Below, in pieces: positions 13,375 to 25,127 of a stretch of 48,312 nucleotides of DNA. Numbering within the stretch: position 1 is the first letter of the stretch; each line of letters opens with the position of its first letter. Below the pieces are notes generated by a model that did not search any database, was not told the DNA's origin, and saw only the letters and a program-made list of their open reading frames with translations. The DNA comes from Nemertoderma westbladi. Taxonomy: Eukaryota > Animalia > Xenacoelomorpha. The DNA is taken from positions 1-48,312 of the forward strand of contig JAUCBJ010004666.1 of the NCBI GenBank assembly GCA_032718475.1, in the 5' to 3' direction. The position numbers and the translations under genes are program-made.

Positions 13375-13539
13375 TTGTCATATAAATGGCGTTTGCTCTG
13401 TTGGATAGCCCATTAAATTTTAGGAAAAGTCACAAAATCTCGGTTTTCCCAACAAACCTGACTCAAAGATACAGATGAATTACAAAAAGTTTCTAAAATG
13501 ACCACAACACACCCCCCCCCCCGGGCCAAATAGGGTTAA
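13375..13539. mobile_element. Probable single terminus of a piggyBac-type (TTAA-specific) non-autonomous DNA transposon
   Basis: Ends in CCCCCCCCGGGCCAAATAGGG followed by TTAA, matching the ...AGGG/TTAA end pattern of piggyBac-type elements. I found no partner end. Confidence 0.4.
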
Positions 13540-14506
13540 TCGCATAAAAATAATTCAATTATACATAAAAATATCACCCCACCTATCATAGTTTCTAATT
13601 ATTTCAAGTGATGAGTTAATAAATCAGTGTTTAATTGATCTAAACGTAATTAACCCAATTAAATTTGTATGCTTTCCAGGATAATTCTACTCCTTATCCA
13701 TAGTAGCCGAATTGTGGATACCGATAGAAAGGTGTCATTGCAAGGATTCCAAAAAACAATGAACTTGAGAGATTGTTTGACACACGTTCAACTGTGATGC
13801 ACTAACAACTCGAAATTATGCACTACTGTAAATTATCAAAAGCTCGAATTCCATCGAGATTTCTCCGACATTCGCCTTTCATATTCTCTGATAACATTAC
13901 AGTATCGGTATTTAAAAATATTTACATAGAAGAAACATTTAAATAAAAATAGATTTCTAATAGATTGTTTGAGGTGGTGGGGTGGGCACATAATTTCAAT
14001 TTGAACGTTCAACTAGTTAGGTTGTCATTTAATTTTATGTAGTTAATTAATTAAAGTGGTTTTAAGTAACTTGTCACTGCGAATTTAGTTAGTTACATAA
14101 AAATAGTTTACTTTTCAAATAGTTTACATTTATTTTAAATAAAATTACAAGAATTGAATTTGAAACGTAACGTAGAAGTTTATTTATTTATTTATATTAT
14201 TTTATTTGAAAAAGGATAGTTTTCTCACTAATATTTTTAAAATTGAATTAATTAATCTAACGTTTTTTAATTAATTATTCAGAAAATTAGTTTAAAAAAA
14301 AGTATTATTTTAAACTAATTTGGAGGTAAATTAGTTAAAAAAAAGCATTATTTTCATACATATTACTGTACAATATTATTATAATACCGGTACTTGGCCA
14401 TCCAGCAGAATGCAGCTAGAAGTACCCTACCTATGCGCTAGGCCTACTGTAGGCCTAATACATAGTAAAATCCTTCTTGACGATCTGGAGGTGCTCCACA
14501 ATTTTA

Positions 14507-14915
14507 TGTGGAAGCGCTATCGGCGCCCGGTCCCGGATCCACGGCCACGCACTATCCCGCTCGAGGGGTGAGCTGGAGAAGACTGAAGTGAAACTAGCTG
14601 CAGTATATCAGTATATTGTGTATTGAGATACATGGATAACAAATAATGATGTGATACAATCAGACAATGAAACTAATAACGAACTACCTACAAAACATGA
14701 CTGACAACCCTACACCGGTAAGTCATCTCAATAACTAAACTGAATGATAACTACTGACTGCGCCCTGCCCCCAGGACTATATCCGTGACAGCTACCGTAC
14801 AACCAGCTGTTCACACCCTAGGTGCTAACAAGATACTACTATATCATACCTACCTAACCTATACAATACATACTAATCAGTCCAATAATACACCATCCCA
14901 TAATACAATATCACA
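14507..14915 (-). repeat. 3' LTR (409 bp)
   Basis: Direct repeat of 16632-17040. It is preceded on the minus strand by the PPT. Confidence 0.95.
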
Positions 14916-14937
14916 TCCCCCCTTCCTAAAAAAAAAA
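14916..14937 (-). promoter_or_regulatory. Polypurine tract with upstream U-tract
   Basis: The minus strand reads T10-AGGAAGGGGGGA immediately before the TG of the 3' LTR. Confidence 0.9.
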
Positions 14938-15427
14938 CTCGCCCACGAGTTTCTAGAACGCACAAACTACAAACCCCAAGTCTAATGACTACATCGACAA
15001 GTAAAGTCTACCTCAACGGCAGTATAGATACTGTATATGAAGCACGATACCAACAATACATTCAACTAGCCTAAGGCTCAGGCTATATCTAAATCGAAAT
15101 TTCGTACTGCATGTATCGTAAGCCAGTATGACTAAAGAATAACACGTACAACTCAATGAGTAACCAAATAACACTATATCAAGCATATTGCAATCTATAA
15201 ATCGCACCGTAAGTAACCGACCATAGTACAATCCATAAAATGTGTCACTGCCACAATAAATAAAGGCTATATAAGTAAATAATTAATACGTGTATCTATC
15301 ACATGAAAATGTATCCATACAGTATCTATCATAAACATGTATCCATCCATACAGTCTATCCGTATCTTATGTAATAATAATACGTAATGACGTAACAAAA
15401 ATATACAAAAAAATATATATGTTGGAG

Positions 15428-16444
15428 TTATGTACATAAGGTAAATAATAATACATACAGAATAGAGAATACTCTATAAAATGTACATAACTGAGGCACA
15501 AAATATCTCGTGGGCGAATAACGGGTGAGAGCCCCTAAACTAGTTATAATATCGGAAAATTCAGAAATAGTTTCCCCCACCTTCTGTTTACGATCTAGTA
15601 ATTCATTGTACACAAAACTAGTATCCTGGGGGCAAAAACGGGCACGTAAAATATCACGAATTGCATCATAGTTTTCCTGTTCATGTTCAGCCAGTTCATC
15701 AAGGACACGTGCAGCCCTACCGGTTAAATAAACAGGCACAATCTTACCGAGAGCGTCGTTCTTCCACCCCCTGAGTCTGGCGATCCGTTGCACCGATCTG
15801 TTCCATGCCTCGAAATCACCAGAACCATCAAAGCAGTCCGGTTCCTTGCGGATGCTTTCCATAGTCGGATCTCGTTGTCGAGTAGTCGACGGAGCAACTG
15901 TTGGAGAATCCCGTCGTCGAGTAGTCGGCGAAGCAACCGTTGGAGAATCTCGTCGTCGAGTAGTCGGCGGAGCAACTGTTGGAGAATCTCGTCGTCGAGT
16001 AGTCGGCGGAGCAACCGTCAGAGAATCCCGTCGTCTAGTTGTCGGCGGAGCAACCGTCAGAGAATCCCGTCGTCTAGTAGTCGGCGGAGCAACCGTCAGA
16101 GAATCACGTCGTCGAGTAGTCGGCGGAGCAACTGTTGGAGAATCTCGTCGTCGAGTAGTCGGCGGAGCAACCGTCAGAGAATCCCGTCGTCGAGTAGTCG
16201 GCGGCCCTGAAATTGATCGGTTCAAGGATCCCCGTTGCCGTCGCGATCCGTGTAACGAGGGCGAGAGAGAACTACGACGCAACTTTGAAACAGCTCCCGA
16301 TGACTTGTAGAGGAACGAATGTTCGTCCGTGCTGTCTGGATGAGGAGAACCAGAAGCGGAACGCAGTTTCTGCCGATAGGAAGGCTTACCCGTGGGAAAG
16401 TTAACGCTTCCAGCTTGTTTGCGCTCGGGTCGACGCGCAGGCAT
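15428..16444 (-). CDS. Retrotransposon Gag-like protein (338 aa) with an internal 13-aa tandem repeat
   Basis: Capsid-like segment PDCFDGSGDFEAW...RGW...YLTGRAARVLDEL...NYDAIRDILRARF...LLDRKQKVGETISEF. It lies between the PBS and PPT in the element's sense orientation. Confidence 0.85.
   Translation of the reverse strand: MPARRPERKQAGSVNFPTGKPSYRQKLRSASGSPHPDSTDEHSFLYKSSGAVSKLRRSSLSPSLHGSRRQRGSLNRSISGPPTTRRRDSLTVAPPTTRRRDSPTVAPPTTRRRDSLTVAPPTTRRRDSLTVAPPTTRRRDSLTVAPPTTRRRDSPTVAPPTTRRRDSPTVASPTTRRRDSPTVAPSTTRQRDPTMESIRKEPDCFDGSGDFEAWNRSVQRIARLRGWKNDALGKIVPVYLTGRAARVLDELAEHEQENYDAIRDILRARFCPQDTSFVYNELLDRKQKVGETISEFSDIITSLGALTRYSPTRYFVPQLCTFYRVFSILYVLLFTLCT
15866..16206 (-). repeat. 39-bp in-frame tandem repeat in gag encoding PPTTRRRDS(L/P)TVA, ~8.5 copies
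   Basis: Visible at both DNA and protein level. Confidence 0.95.
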
Positions 16445-16614
16445 ACAGTGGAATAATCGTCAGAGACCCGCCACCCACAGTCTGACTGCCTGATGCAGTG
16501 ATGGGTACGGTAGTTGGTCGTGGTAGCGATAGCCTGGTAGGCCAGACAGAGTTAGAGTACCTGTTGCCGGTAGCGGGTAGCGCGGTAGGCCTGTCAGACT
16601 GTCAGTTTCTCTTC

Positions 16615-16631
16615 TCCCGGACGAGCCCCCA
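16615..16631 (-). promoter_or_regulatory. Primer-binding site complementary to tRNA-Pro
   Basis: The minus strand reads TGGGGGCTCGTCCGGGA directly after the 5' LTR's terminal CA. This is 17 nt identical to the known tRNA-Pro PBS TGGGGGCTCGTCCGGGAT. Confidence 0.95.
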
Positions 16632-17040
16632 TGTGGAAGCGCTATCGGCGCCCGGTCCCGGATCCACGGCCACGCACTATCCCGCTCGAGGGGTGAGCTG
16701 GAGAAGACTGAAGTGAAACTAGCTGCAGTATATCAGTATATTGTGTATTGAGATACATGGATAACAAATAATGATGTGATACAATCAGACAATGAAACTA
16801 ATAACGAACTACCTACAAAACATGACTGACAACCCTACACCGGTAAGTCATCTCAATAACTAAACTGAATGATAACTACTGACTGCGCCCTGCCCCCAGG
16901 ACTATATCCGTGACAGCTACCGTACAACCAGCTGTTCACACCCTAGGTGCTAACAAGATACTACTATATCATACCTACCTAACCTATACAATACATACTA
17001 ATCAGTCCAATAATACACCATCCCATAATACAATATCACA
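16632..17040 (-). repeat. 5' LTR (409 bp)
   Basis: Direct repeat of 14507-14915. It is followed on the minus strand by the PBS. Confidence 0.95.
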
Positions 17041-17270
17041 TTTAATGAGAAGGCTGACGCTACGTTTTTGACCCAAAAACAATTCAAAAATACCTTATTA
17101 ACTGTAATCTGGTAAGGGAGCGACGGATCAGGTTACAGCTTTTTAGGTATTTTTGAACTATTTTGGGTATTATGGGGTGTTTTGTGGTAATTTGTAGGAC
17201 CGGGAATTTCTGCTTAAGAAATCCGAGGACATAGTGATAGCGCTGGTGATACTTTTTTCAAATAAAACAA

Positions 17271-17600
17271 TATATTCGATATAAAAACGTAACGGAAAAT
17301 ACCGCTTTTTTTTCACCCATTTTCTTTAGCAAAATTCAGTTGTTCTGCCCTCGTGTGTTGAGTTTTCCACTCGTTGGCATTTTAACACTCGCTTCGCTCG
17401 TGCTACTACTAGGATCGGCATGCTGCATTGCAGCTGCATTTTTAAGAATGCTGTGCCGGCTTGAGCTCGTCGCTCGTGCTAAGAACCTGTCAACTCTTGT
17501 AAAAACTCAACCGCTCGGACAGAATAGTTGAATTTCGCTAAATTGAAACTGAGTGATAAAAAAGCTATGTTTTCCGCTTACTTTTTTTTATCGAATAATA
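17271..17600. mobile_element. Degenerate fold-back element / MITE with ~110-bp imperfect terminal inverted repeats
   Basis: The left arm TATTCGATATAAAAACGTAACGGAAAA...TTTAGCAAAATTCAGTTGTTCTG...GTTGAGTTTT aligns to the reverse complement of AAAACTCAAC...CAGAATAGTTGAATTTCGCTAAA...TTTTCCGCTTACTTTTTTTTATCGAATA. Confidence 0.75.
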
Positions 17601-18309
17601 GTCCTTTAATACTGTAATATATATTATTTTTATTAAACGGGATAAAGTGAAAAAATACTAAAATTAATTTGTTAGGTTTTTCAATTCTCACATATTTTAG
17701 GTATACCGGAAGGTTACCATGATGTTGAGCAATACTAGTCCTTTTCATTCATTTTCATTAATTAATTATATGTTGCATTAATTAATATGAATGTTAGTTG
17801 TTTAATTTTAATTTTATTTTTGCTGAGCACATAAAATACGTCGTAATCCTACTGGTACTACCGGTACTGGTTAACCAGTATGTGATACAGTGGTTAGTAC
17901 GGCGGTAGTATTAGTAGTGCAGTAGTGGTAGAAGAGGTCGATGGCGCCGACAGCGCCAACGGCAAATTTCCAAAAAAAAACCGGGCCTACATATTTACAG
18001 ACCTGATTCTGGACAAGAGTTCTCAAGACATCGACCCAGTCAATGTAATTGTTGTCTGTACTGGACTGGCTCAAACCAATTTAGTGATTATAACTATAAG
18101 TAATAATAGTAATAAATAATTCATTTCTTTCACTGTTAATTTTAGAAATTTAATTGAAAAAAAAGTCAATTTTCACGGTAAAATAATTTCAGAATTCGCT
18201 AATAAAAGGCAGCAAGCACAAGAAACAGTGAACCATAATTAAACAATATTAAATCATTACACATTTCCTTATTAGGTCTACCGTCCGCAGTCACTCATCC
18301 TCCTAATTA

Positions 18310-18795
18310 TTAGCAATCATTCGTCACTTTAGTCCGAATTTTATTATTAAAGCCATCGCGATTGCGAGCGATCTCAATAGCAAGAAATTGTATTCGGGTT
18401 GACATGATTGTATTATCGTCATTGTAGTCGCCTTGGCTATTAATACGGAGAAGAGTGGCGAAATTAAAGTCGTCTATAATCCCCTCGTAACAATTACAAA
18501 ACTCCCGCCACGTCTCCTTACCGGATGGCGACTTCAGACACTCGGGATCAATAACATCGGTGTTTAAATCGGGAAATTTCGATTTGAAATGAGTATAAAT
18601 ATCGTCGTCGATGTTTGTAAGACGCAACGACATGGGGTCAACCGAGTTAAGTATATTGAAGTGGGTTTCAGCGTGTTCGTACGCCGCGATAGCCCACATT
18701 AATTCCACGTCGGCACTGTTACCAAATTCCTCTGCCGGTCTCGATAAAACGTCCACACCAGGTGCGGATATACCGGTTGGCGATAACAACGCCAT
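18310..18795 (-). CDS. PBDC1: PBDC1 (CXorf26 / yeast YPL225W family) protein, 161 aa, single coding exon
   Basis: Family motifs: N..DVELMWAI.AY.HAE.HFNIL.SVDP..LRLT..DD.IY..F...FP; LKS..GKE.WR.FC..YEG.I.DFNFATLLR.....Y...NTI..TRIQFLAIEIARNR.G.N. Confidence 0.92.
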   Translation of the reverse strand: MALLSPTGISAPGVDVLSRPAEEFGNSADVELMWAIAAYEHAETHFNILNSVDPMSLRLTNIDDDIYTHFKSKFPDLNTDVIDPECLKSPSGKETWREFCNCYEGIIDDFNFATLLRINSQGDYNDDNTIMSTRIQFLAIEIARNRDGFNNKIRTKVTNDC

Positions 18796-19035
18796 TATTC
18801 AGTGAATACTACTGCTTTGTGTGGTTTCTTCGACTGGTTCAATACAGCAATAAACAACAGCAGAATACTGGAATACTGGATACAAAGACTGAATACAGGA
18901 ATAGCATAGGCTTACCACATACCATTTCCAGATGGATATTCTGATATTTCCTGATACATGTATATTAAATAAAGGAATGGATAGGCCTACAGTAATTTCG
19001 ACCATATCTTTCCGACCCATACGTAGACCAGGCCA

Positions 19036-19051
19036 GGACTACGCGTAGTCC
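19036..19051. other. Perfect 16-bp palindrome GGACTACGCGTAGTCC upstream of PBDC1, sharing the core of the adjacent satellite
   Basis: Read directly. It contains ACTACGCGTAGT. Confidence 0.85.
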
Positions 19052-19098
19052 ACCAGAATAGGTCATATACTGTATCACCAGTTTCATAATTTTAACAT

Positions 19099-22000
19099 TA
19101 ACTACGCGTAGTGCTATCCATAACTACGCGTAGTGCTATCCATAACTACGCGTAGTGCTATCCATAACTACGCGTAGTGCTATACATAACTACGCGTAGT
19201 GCTATCCATAACTACGCGTAGTGCTATACATAACTACGCGTAGTGCTATCCACAACTACGCGTAGTGCTATACATAACTACGCGTAGTGCTATCCATAAC
19301 TACGAGTAGTGCTATCCTTAACTACGAGTAGTGCTATCCATAACTACGAGTAGTGCTATCCTTAACTACGAGTAGTGCTATCCATAACTACGCGTAGTGC
19401 TATCCATAACTATGCGTAGTGCTATCCTTAACTACGCGTAGTGCTATCCTTAACTACGAGTAGTGCTATCCACAACTACGCGTAGTGCTATACATAACTA
19501 CGCGTAGTGCTATCCATAACTACGCGTAGTGCTATCCATAACTACGCGTAGTGCTATACATAACTACGCGTAGTGCTATCCATAACTACGCGTAGTGCTA
19601 TCCATAACTACGCGTAGTGCTATCCATAACTACGCGTAGTGCTATCCATAACTACGCGTAGTGCTATCCTTAACTACGAGTAGTGCTATCCACAACTACG
19701 CGTAGTGCTATACATAACTACGCGTAGTGCTATCCATAACTACGCGTAGTGCTATCCATAACTACGCGTAGTGCTATCCATAACTACGCGTAGTGCTATA
19801 CATAACTACGAGTAGTGCTATCCTTAACTACGAGTAGTGCTATCCATAACTACGCGTAGTGCTATCCATAACTATGCGTAGTGCTATCCACAACTACGCG
19901 TAGTGCTATACATAACTACGCGTAGTGCTATCCATAACTACGCGTAGTGCTATCCTTAACTACGAGTAGTGCTATCCTTAACTACGAGTAGTGCTATCCA
20001 TAACTACGAGTAGTGCTATCCTTAACTACGAGTAGTGCTATCCATAACTATGCGTAGTGCTATCCTTAACTACGCGTAGTGCTATCCATAACTACAAGTA
20101 GTGCTATACATAACTACGCGTAGTGCTATCCATAACTACGCGTAGTGCTATCCTTAACTACGCGTAGTGCTATACATAACTACGCGTAGTGCTATCCATA
20201 ACTACGCGTAGTGCTATCCTTAACTACGCGTAGTGCTATACATAACTACGCGTAGTGCTATCCTCAACTACGAGTAGTGCTATCCATAACTACGCGTAGT
20301 GCTATACATAACTACGCGTAGTGCTATCCATAACAACGCGTAGTGCTATCCTTAACTACGCGTAGTGCTATACATAACTACGCGTAGTGCTATCCTTAAC
20401 TACGAGTAGTGCTATACATAACTACGCGTAGTGCTATCCATAACTACGCGTAGTGCTATCCATAACTACGCGTAGTGCTATCCATAACTACGCGTAGTGC
20501 TATCCATAACTACGAGTAGTGCTATCCTTAACTACGCGTAGTGCTATCCATAACTACGCGTAGTGCTATACATAACTACGCGTAGTGCTATCCTTAACTA
20601 CGAGTAGTGCTATCCTTAACTACGAGTAGTGCTATCCATAACTACGCGTAGTGCTATCCTTAACTACGAGTAGTGCTATCCATAACTACGCGTAGTGATA
20701 TCCTTAACTACGCGTAGTGCTATACATAACTACGAGTAGTGCTATACATAACTACGCGTAGTGCTATCCATAACTACGCGTAGTGCTATCCATAACTACG
20801 CGTAGTGCTATCCTTAACTACGCGTAGTGCTATACATAACTACGCGTAGTGCTATCCTTAACTACGAGTAGTGCTATACAGAACTACGCGTAGTGCTATC
20901 CATAACTACGAGTAGTGCTATCCTTAACTACGCGTAGTGCTATCCTTAACTACGAGTAGTGCTATCCATAACTACGCGTAGTGCTATACATAACTACGCG
21001 TAGTGCTATCCATAACTACGCGTAGTGCTATACATAACTACGCGTAGTGCTATCCTTAACTACGAGTAGTGCTATCCATAACTACGCGTAGTGCTATACA
21101 TAACTACGCGTAGTGCTATCCATAACTACGCGTAGTGCTATCCTTAACTACGCGTAGTGCTATCCATAACTACGCGTAGTGCTATCCACAACTACGCGTA
21201 GTGCTATCCATAACTACGCGTAGTGCTATCCATAACTACGCGTAGTGCTATCCATAACTACGCGTAGTGCTATCCATAACTACGCGTAGTGCTATCCTTA
21301 ACTACGAGTAGTGCTATCCATAACTACGCGTAGTGCTATACATAACTACGCGTAGTGCTATCCATAACTACGCGTAGTGCTATCCATAACTACGCGTAGT
21401 GCTATCCATAACTACGCGTAGTGCTATCCTTAACTACGAGTAGTGCTATCCATAACTACGCGTAGTGCTATCCATAACTACGCGTAGTGCTATCCATAAC
21501 TACGCGTAGTGCTATCCATAACTACGCGTAGTGCTATCCATAACTACGCGTAGTGCTATCCATAACTACGCGTAGTGCTATCCATAACTACGCGTAGTGC
21601 TATCCATAACTACGCGTAGTGCTATCCATAACTACGCGTAGTGCTATACATAACTACGCATAGTGCTATCCTTAACTACGAGTAGTGCTATCCATAACTA
21701 CGAGTGGTGCTATCCTTAACTACGAGTAGTGCTATCCTTAACTACGAGTAGTGCTATCCTTAACTACGAGTAGTGCTATCCTTAACTACGAGTAGTGCTA
21801 TCCATAACTACGAGTAGTGCTATCCATAACTACGCGTAGTGCTATCCATAACTACGCGTAGTGCTATCCATAACTACGCGTAGTGCTATCCATAACTACG
21901 CGTAGTGCTATCCATAACTACGCGTAGTGCTATCCATAACTACGCGTAGTGCTATCCATAACTACGCGTAGTGCTATCCATAACTACGCGTAGTGCTATC

Positions 22001-24120
22001 CATAACTACGCGTAGTGCTATCCATAACTACGCGTAGTGCTATCCATAACTACGCGTAGTGCTATCCATAACTACGCGTAGTGCTATCCATAACTACGCG
22101 TAGTGCTATCCATAACTACGCGTAGTGCTATCCATAACTACGCGTAGTGCTATCCATAACTACGCGTAGTGCTATCCATAACTACGCGTAGTGCTATCCA
22201 TAACTACGCGTAGTGCTATCCATAACTACGCGTAGTGCTATCCATAACTACGCGTAGTGCTATCCATAACTACGCGTAGTGCTATCCATAACTACGCGTA
22301 GTGCTATCCATAACTACGCGTAGTGCTATCCATAACTACGCGTAGTGCTATCCATAACTACGCGTAGTGCTATCCATAACTACGCGTAGTGCTATACATA
22401 ACTACGCGTAGTGCTATCCATAACTACGCGTAGTGCTATCCATAACTACGCGTAGTGCTATCCATAACTACGCGTAGTGCTATCCATAACTACGCGTAGT
22501 GCTATCCATAACTACGCGTAGTGCTATCCATAACTACGCGTAGTGCTATCCATAACTACGCGTAGTGCTATCCATAACTACGCGTAGTGCTATCCATAAC
22601 TACGCGTAGTGCTATCCATAACTACGCGTAGTGCTATACATAACTACGCGTAGTGCTATCCATAACTACGCGTAGTGCTATCCATAACTACGCGTAGTGC
22701 TATCCATAACTACGAGTAGTGCTATCCATAACTACGCGTAGTGCTATCCATAACTACGCGTAGTGCTATCCATAACTACGCGTAGTGCTATCCATAACTA
22801 CGCGTAGTGCTATCCATAACTACGCGTAGTGCTATACATAACTACGCGTAGTGCTATCCATAACTACGCGTAGTGCTATCCATAACTACGCGTAGTGCTA
22901 TCCATAACTACGAGTAGTGCTATCCATAACTACGCGTAGTGCTATCCATAACTACGCGTAGTGCTATCCATAACTACGCGTAGTGCTATCCATAACTACG
23001 CGTAGTGCTATCCATAACTACGCGTAGTGCTATCCATAACTACGAGTAGTGCTATCCATAACTACGCGTAGTGCTATCCATAACTACGCGTAGTGCTATC
23101 CATAACTACGCGTAGTGCTATCCATAACTACGCGTAGTGCTATCCATAACTACGAGTAGTGCTATCCATAACTACGCGTAGTGCTATCCTTAACTACGCG
23201 TAGTGCTATCCATAACTACGCGTAGTGCTATCCATAACTACGAGTAGTGCTATCCATAACTACGCGTAGTGCTATCCTTAACTACGCGTAGTGCTATCCA
23301 TAACTACGCGTAGTGCTATCCATAACTACGCGTAGTGCTATCCATAACTACGCGTAGTGCTATCCATAACTACGAGTAGTGCTATCCATAACTACGCGTA
23401 GTGCTATCCTTAACTACGCGTAGTGCTATCCATAACTACGCGTAGTGCTATCCATAACTACGAGTAGTGCTATCCATAACTACGCGTAGTGCTATCCTTA
23501 ACTACGCGTAGTGCTATCCATAACTACGCGTAGTGCTATCCATAACTACGAGTAGTGCTATCCATAACTACGCGTAGTGCTATCCATAACTACGAGTAGT
23601 GCTATACATAACTACGCGTAGTGCTATCCATAACTACGCGTAGTGCTATCCATAACTACGCGTAGTGCTATCCTTAACTACGCGTAGTGCTATCCTTAAC
23701 TACGCGTAGTGCTATCCATAACTACGAGTAGTGCTATCCATAACTACGCGTAGTGCTATCCATAACTACGAGTAGTGCTATCCATAACTACGAGTAGTGC
23801 TATCCATAACTACGCGTAGTGCTATCCATAACTACGAGTAGTGCTATACATAACTACGAGTAGTGCTATCCATAACTACGCGTAGTGCTATCCATAACTA
23901 CGCGTAGTGCTATCCTTAACTACGCGTAGTGCTATCCATAACTACGCGTAGTGCTATCCATAACTACGAGTAGTGCTATCCATAACTACGCGTAGTGCTA
24001 TCCATAACTACGAGTAGTGCTATACATAACTACGAGTAGTGCTATCCATAACTACGCGTAGTGCTATCCATAACTACGCGTAGTGCTATCCATAACTACG
24101 CGTAGTGCTATACATAACTA
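19099..24120. repeat. 22-bp tandem satellite, unit TAACTACGCGTAGTGCTATCCA, ~228 copies, with a 12-bp palindromic core
   Basis: 22-bp period. Variants are CGAG for CGCG, TACA or TCCT for TCCA, and CACA. Confidence 0.98.
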
Positions 24121-24572
24121 GTATTTCAATGTAGTGCGGTTCAGTACCAAAAACCACTTATAATGTTCAATACACAACCTGTAGTATTATATTTATCACT
24201 TCTTGTTTTGCGCGCAATGATGTGTTAAAATATAATGTTTAGAGTTCAAAAGTAGTTCACAAGTAAACAGGTTGGTCCTTCTCCCTCGCCATTATGTCTT
24301 TGTTCACGAGAGGGCGATGATATTTTTAATGATCAAACACATACAGTTTTTGGAAGATAACAATCGGGCAGTTTTCCTGCCCTCGAGTAAAATAACTGCG
24401 GAAATAATTTCAAAACGTTGTAATAAGTGTGTTATTACCCATTTAGAGGCGAACATTTCTAAAAGGGTTTTGTTTGGGAGGAGGGGATTAAAAGTGGGAG
24501 TTTGTTTGAGGGAACTAGAATATTGATATTTACAAGGGGTGGGTTGCCAAGATTAGCGACACAGAAACAGAA

Positions 24573-24639
24573 ACGAAAATCTCATCGACGAAAATCTCAT
24601 CGACGAAAATCTCATCGACGAAAATCTCTCAACGAAAAT
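24573..24639. repeat. Short 15-bp tandem repeat (ACGAAAATCTCATCG), ~4.5 copies
   Basis: Read directly. Confidence 0.85.
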
Positions 24640-25000
24640 TATTCAGTAAAGTGGGTGGCATTCTCACTCTCTTTGGTGCTGCTTGTTAAAAATATGATTA
24701 ATATATTGTTTAATTAATATATCATCATTGCTATAACCACTAACAGTACAGATATAAGGATATATCACCTCCACCTTGAATAATTCGATATACATGGAAC
24801 CACGCGTCTAAATTCGCGAGTCATTGGCTTATTAACCCTATCTATATTGTTGTACATCTGCATAATTAATTTACGGAAATAAATAGTTTCTACAATTAAT
24901 ATCAATCCTGGGTCAACTTAACGAACATATCGGACCAACAGTTGAACTGTATCACAATTATTGCCGATAATTTATTAACCAAAAGATTAAATATATTTTA

Positions 25001-25115
25001 TTATATGCTGATTGCATTTGGTATTTCTGATGGGTAAAGGAAGGGATACTTGTAATTACGTTTCCTTTCTCTCTCGTGGATCAGGTCTTCTATCTCTCGA
25101 AGATCGCGTCGGAAC
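25001..25115 (-). CDS. Lipoxygenase, terminal coding exon (not in ORF track)
   Basis: Acceptor TTTATTGACAG, then (Q)FRRDLREIEDLIHERERKRNYKYPFLYPSEIPNAISI-stop. This is the canonical LOX C-terminus ending in the iron-liganding Ile. AATAAA overlaps the stop. The phase matches the previous exon. Confidence 0.9.
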
Positions 25116-25127
25116 CTGTCAATAAAT

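Larger units (their letters stand above)
14507..17040 (-). mobile_element. Non-autonomous gag-only LTR retrotransposon (Ty3/Gypsy-like), 2534 bp, recent insertion
   Basis: Two 409-bp direct repeats (TGTG...CACA) that look identical by eye, a 4-bp TSD TTTA (14503-14506 and 17041-17044), a tRNA-Pro PBS, a PPT and one gag ORF. No protease, RT, RNaseH or integrase is present. Confidence 0.95.

Noticed and set aside
3317-24120. CRISPR array interpretation of the 50-, 40- or 22-bp repeats
   Set aside because: The units are head-to-tail with no unique spacers, there are no cas genes, and the context is eukaryotic.
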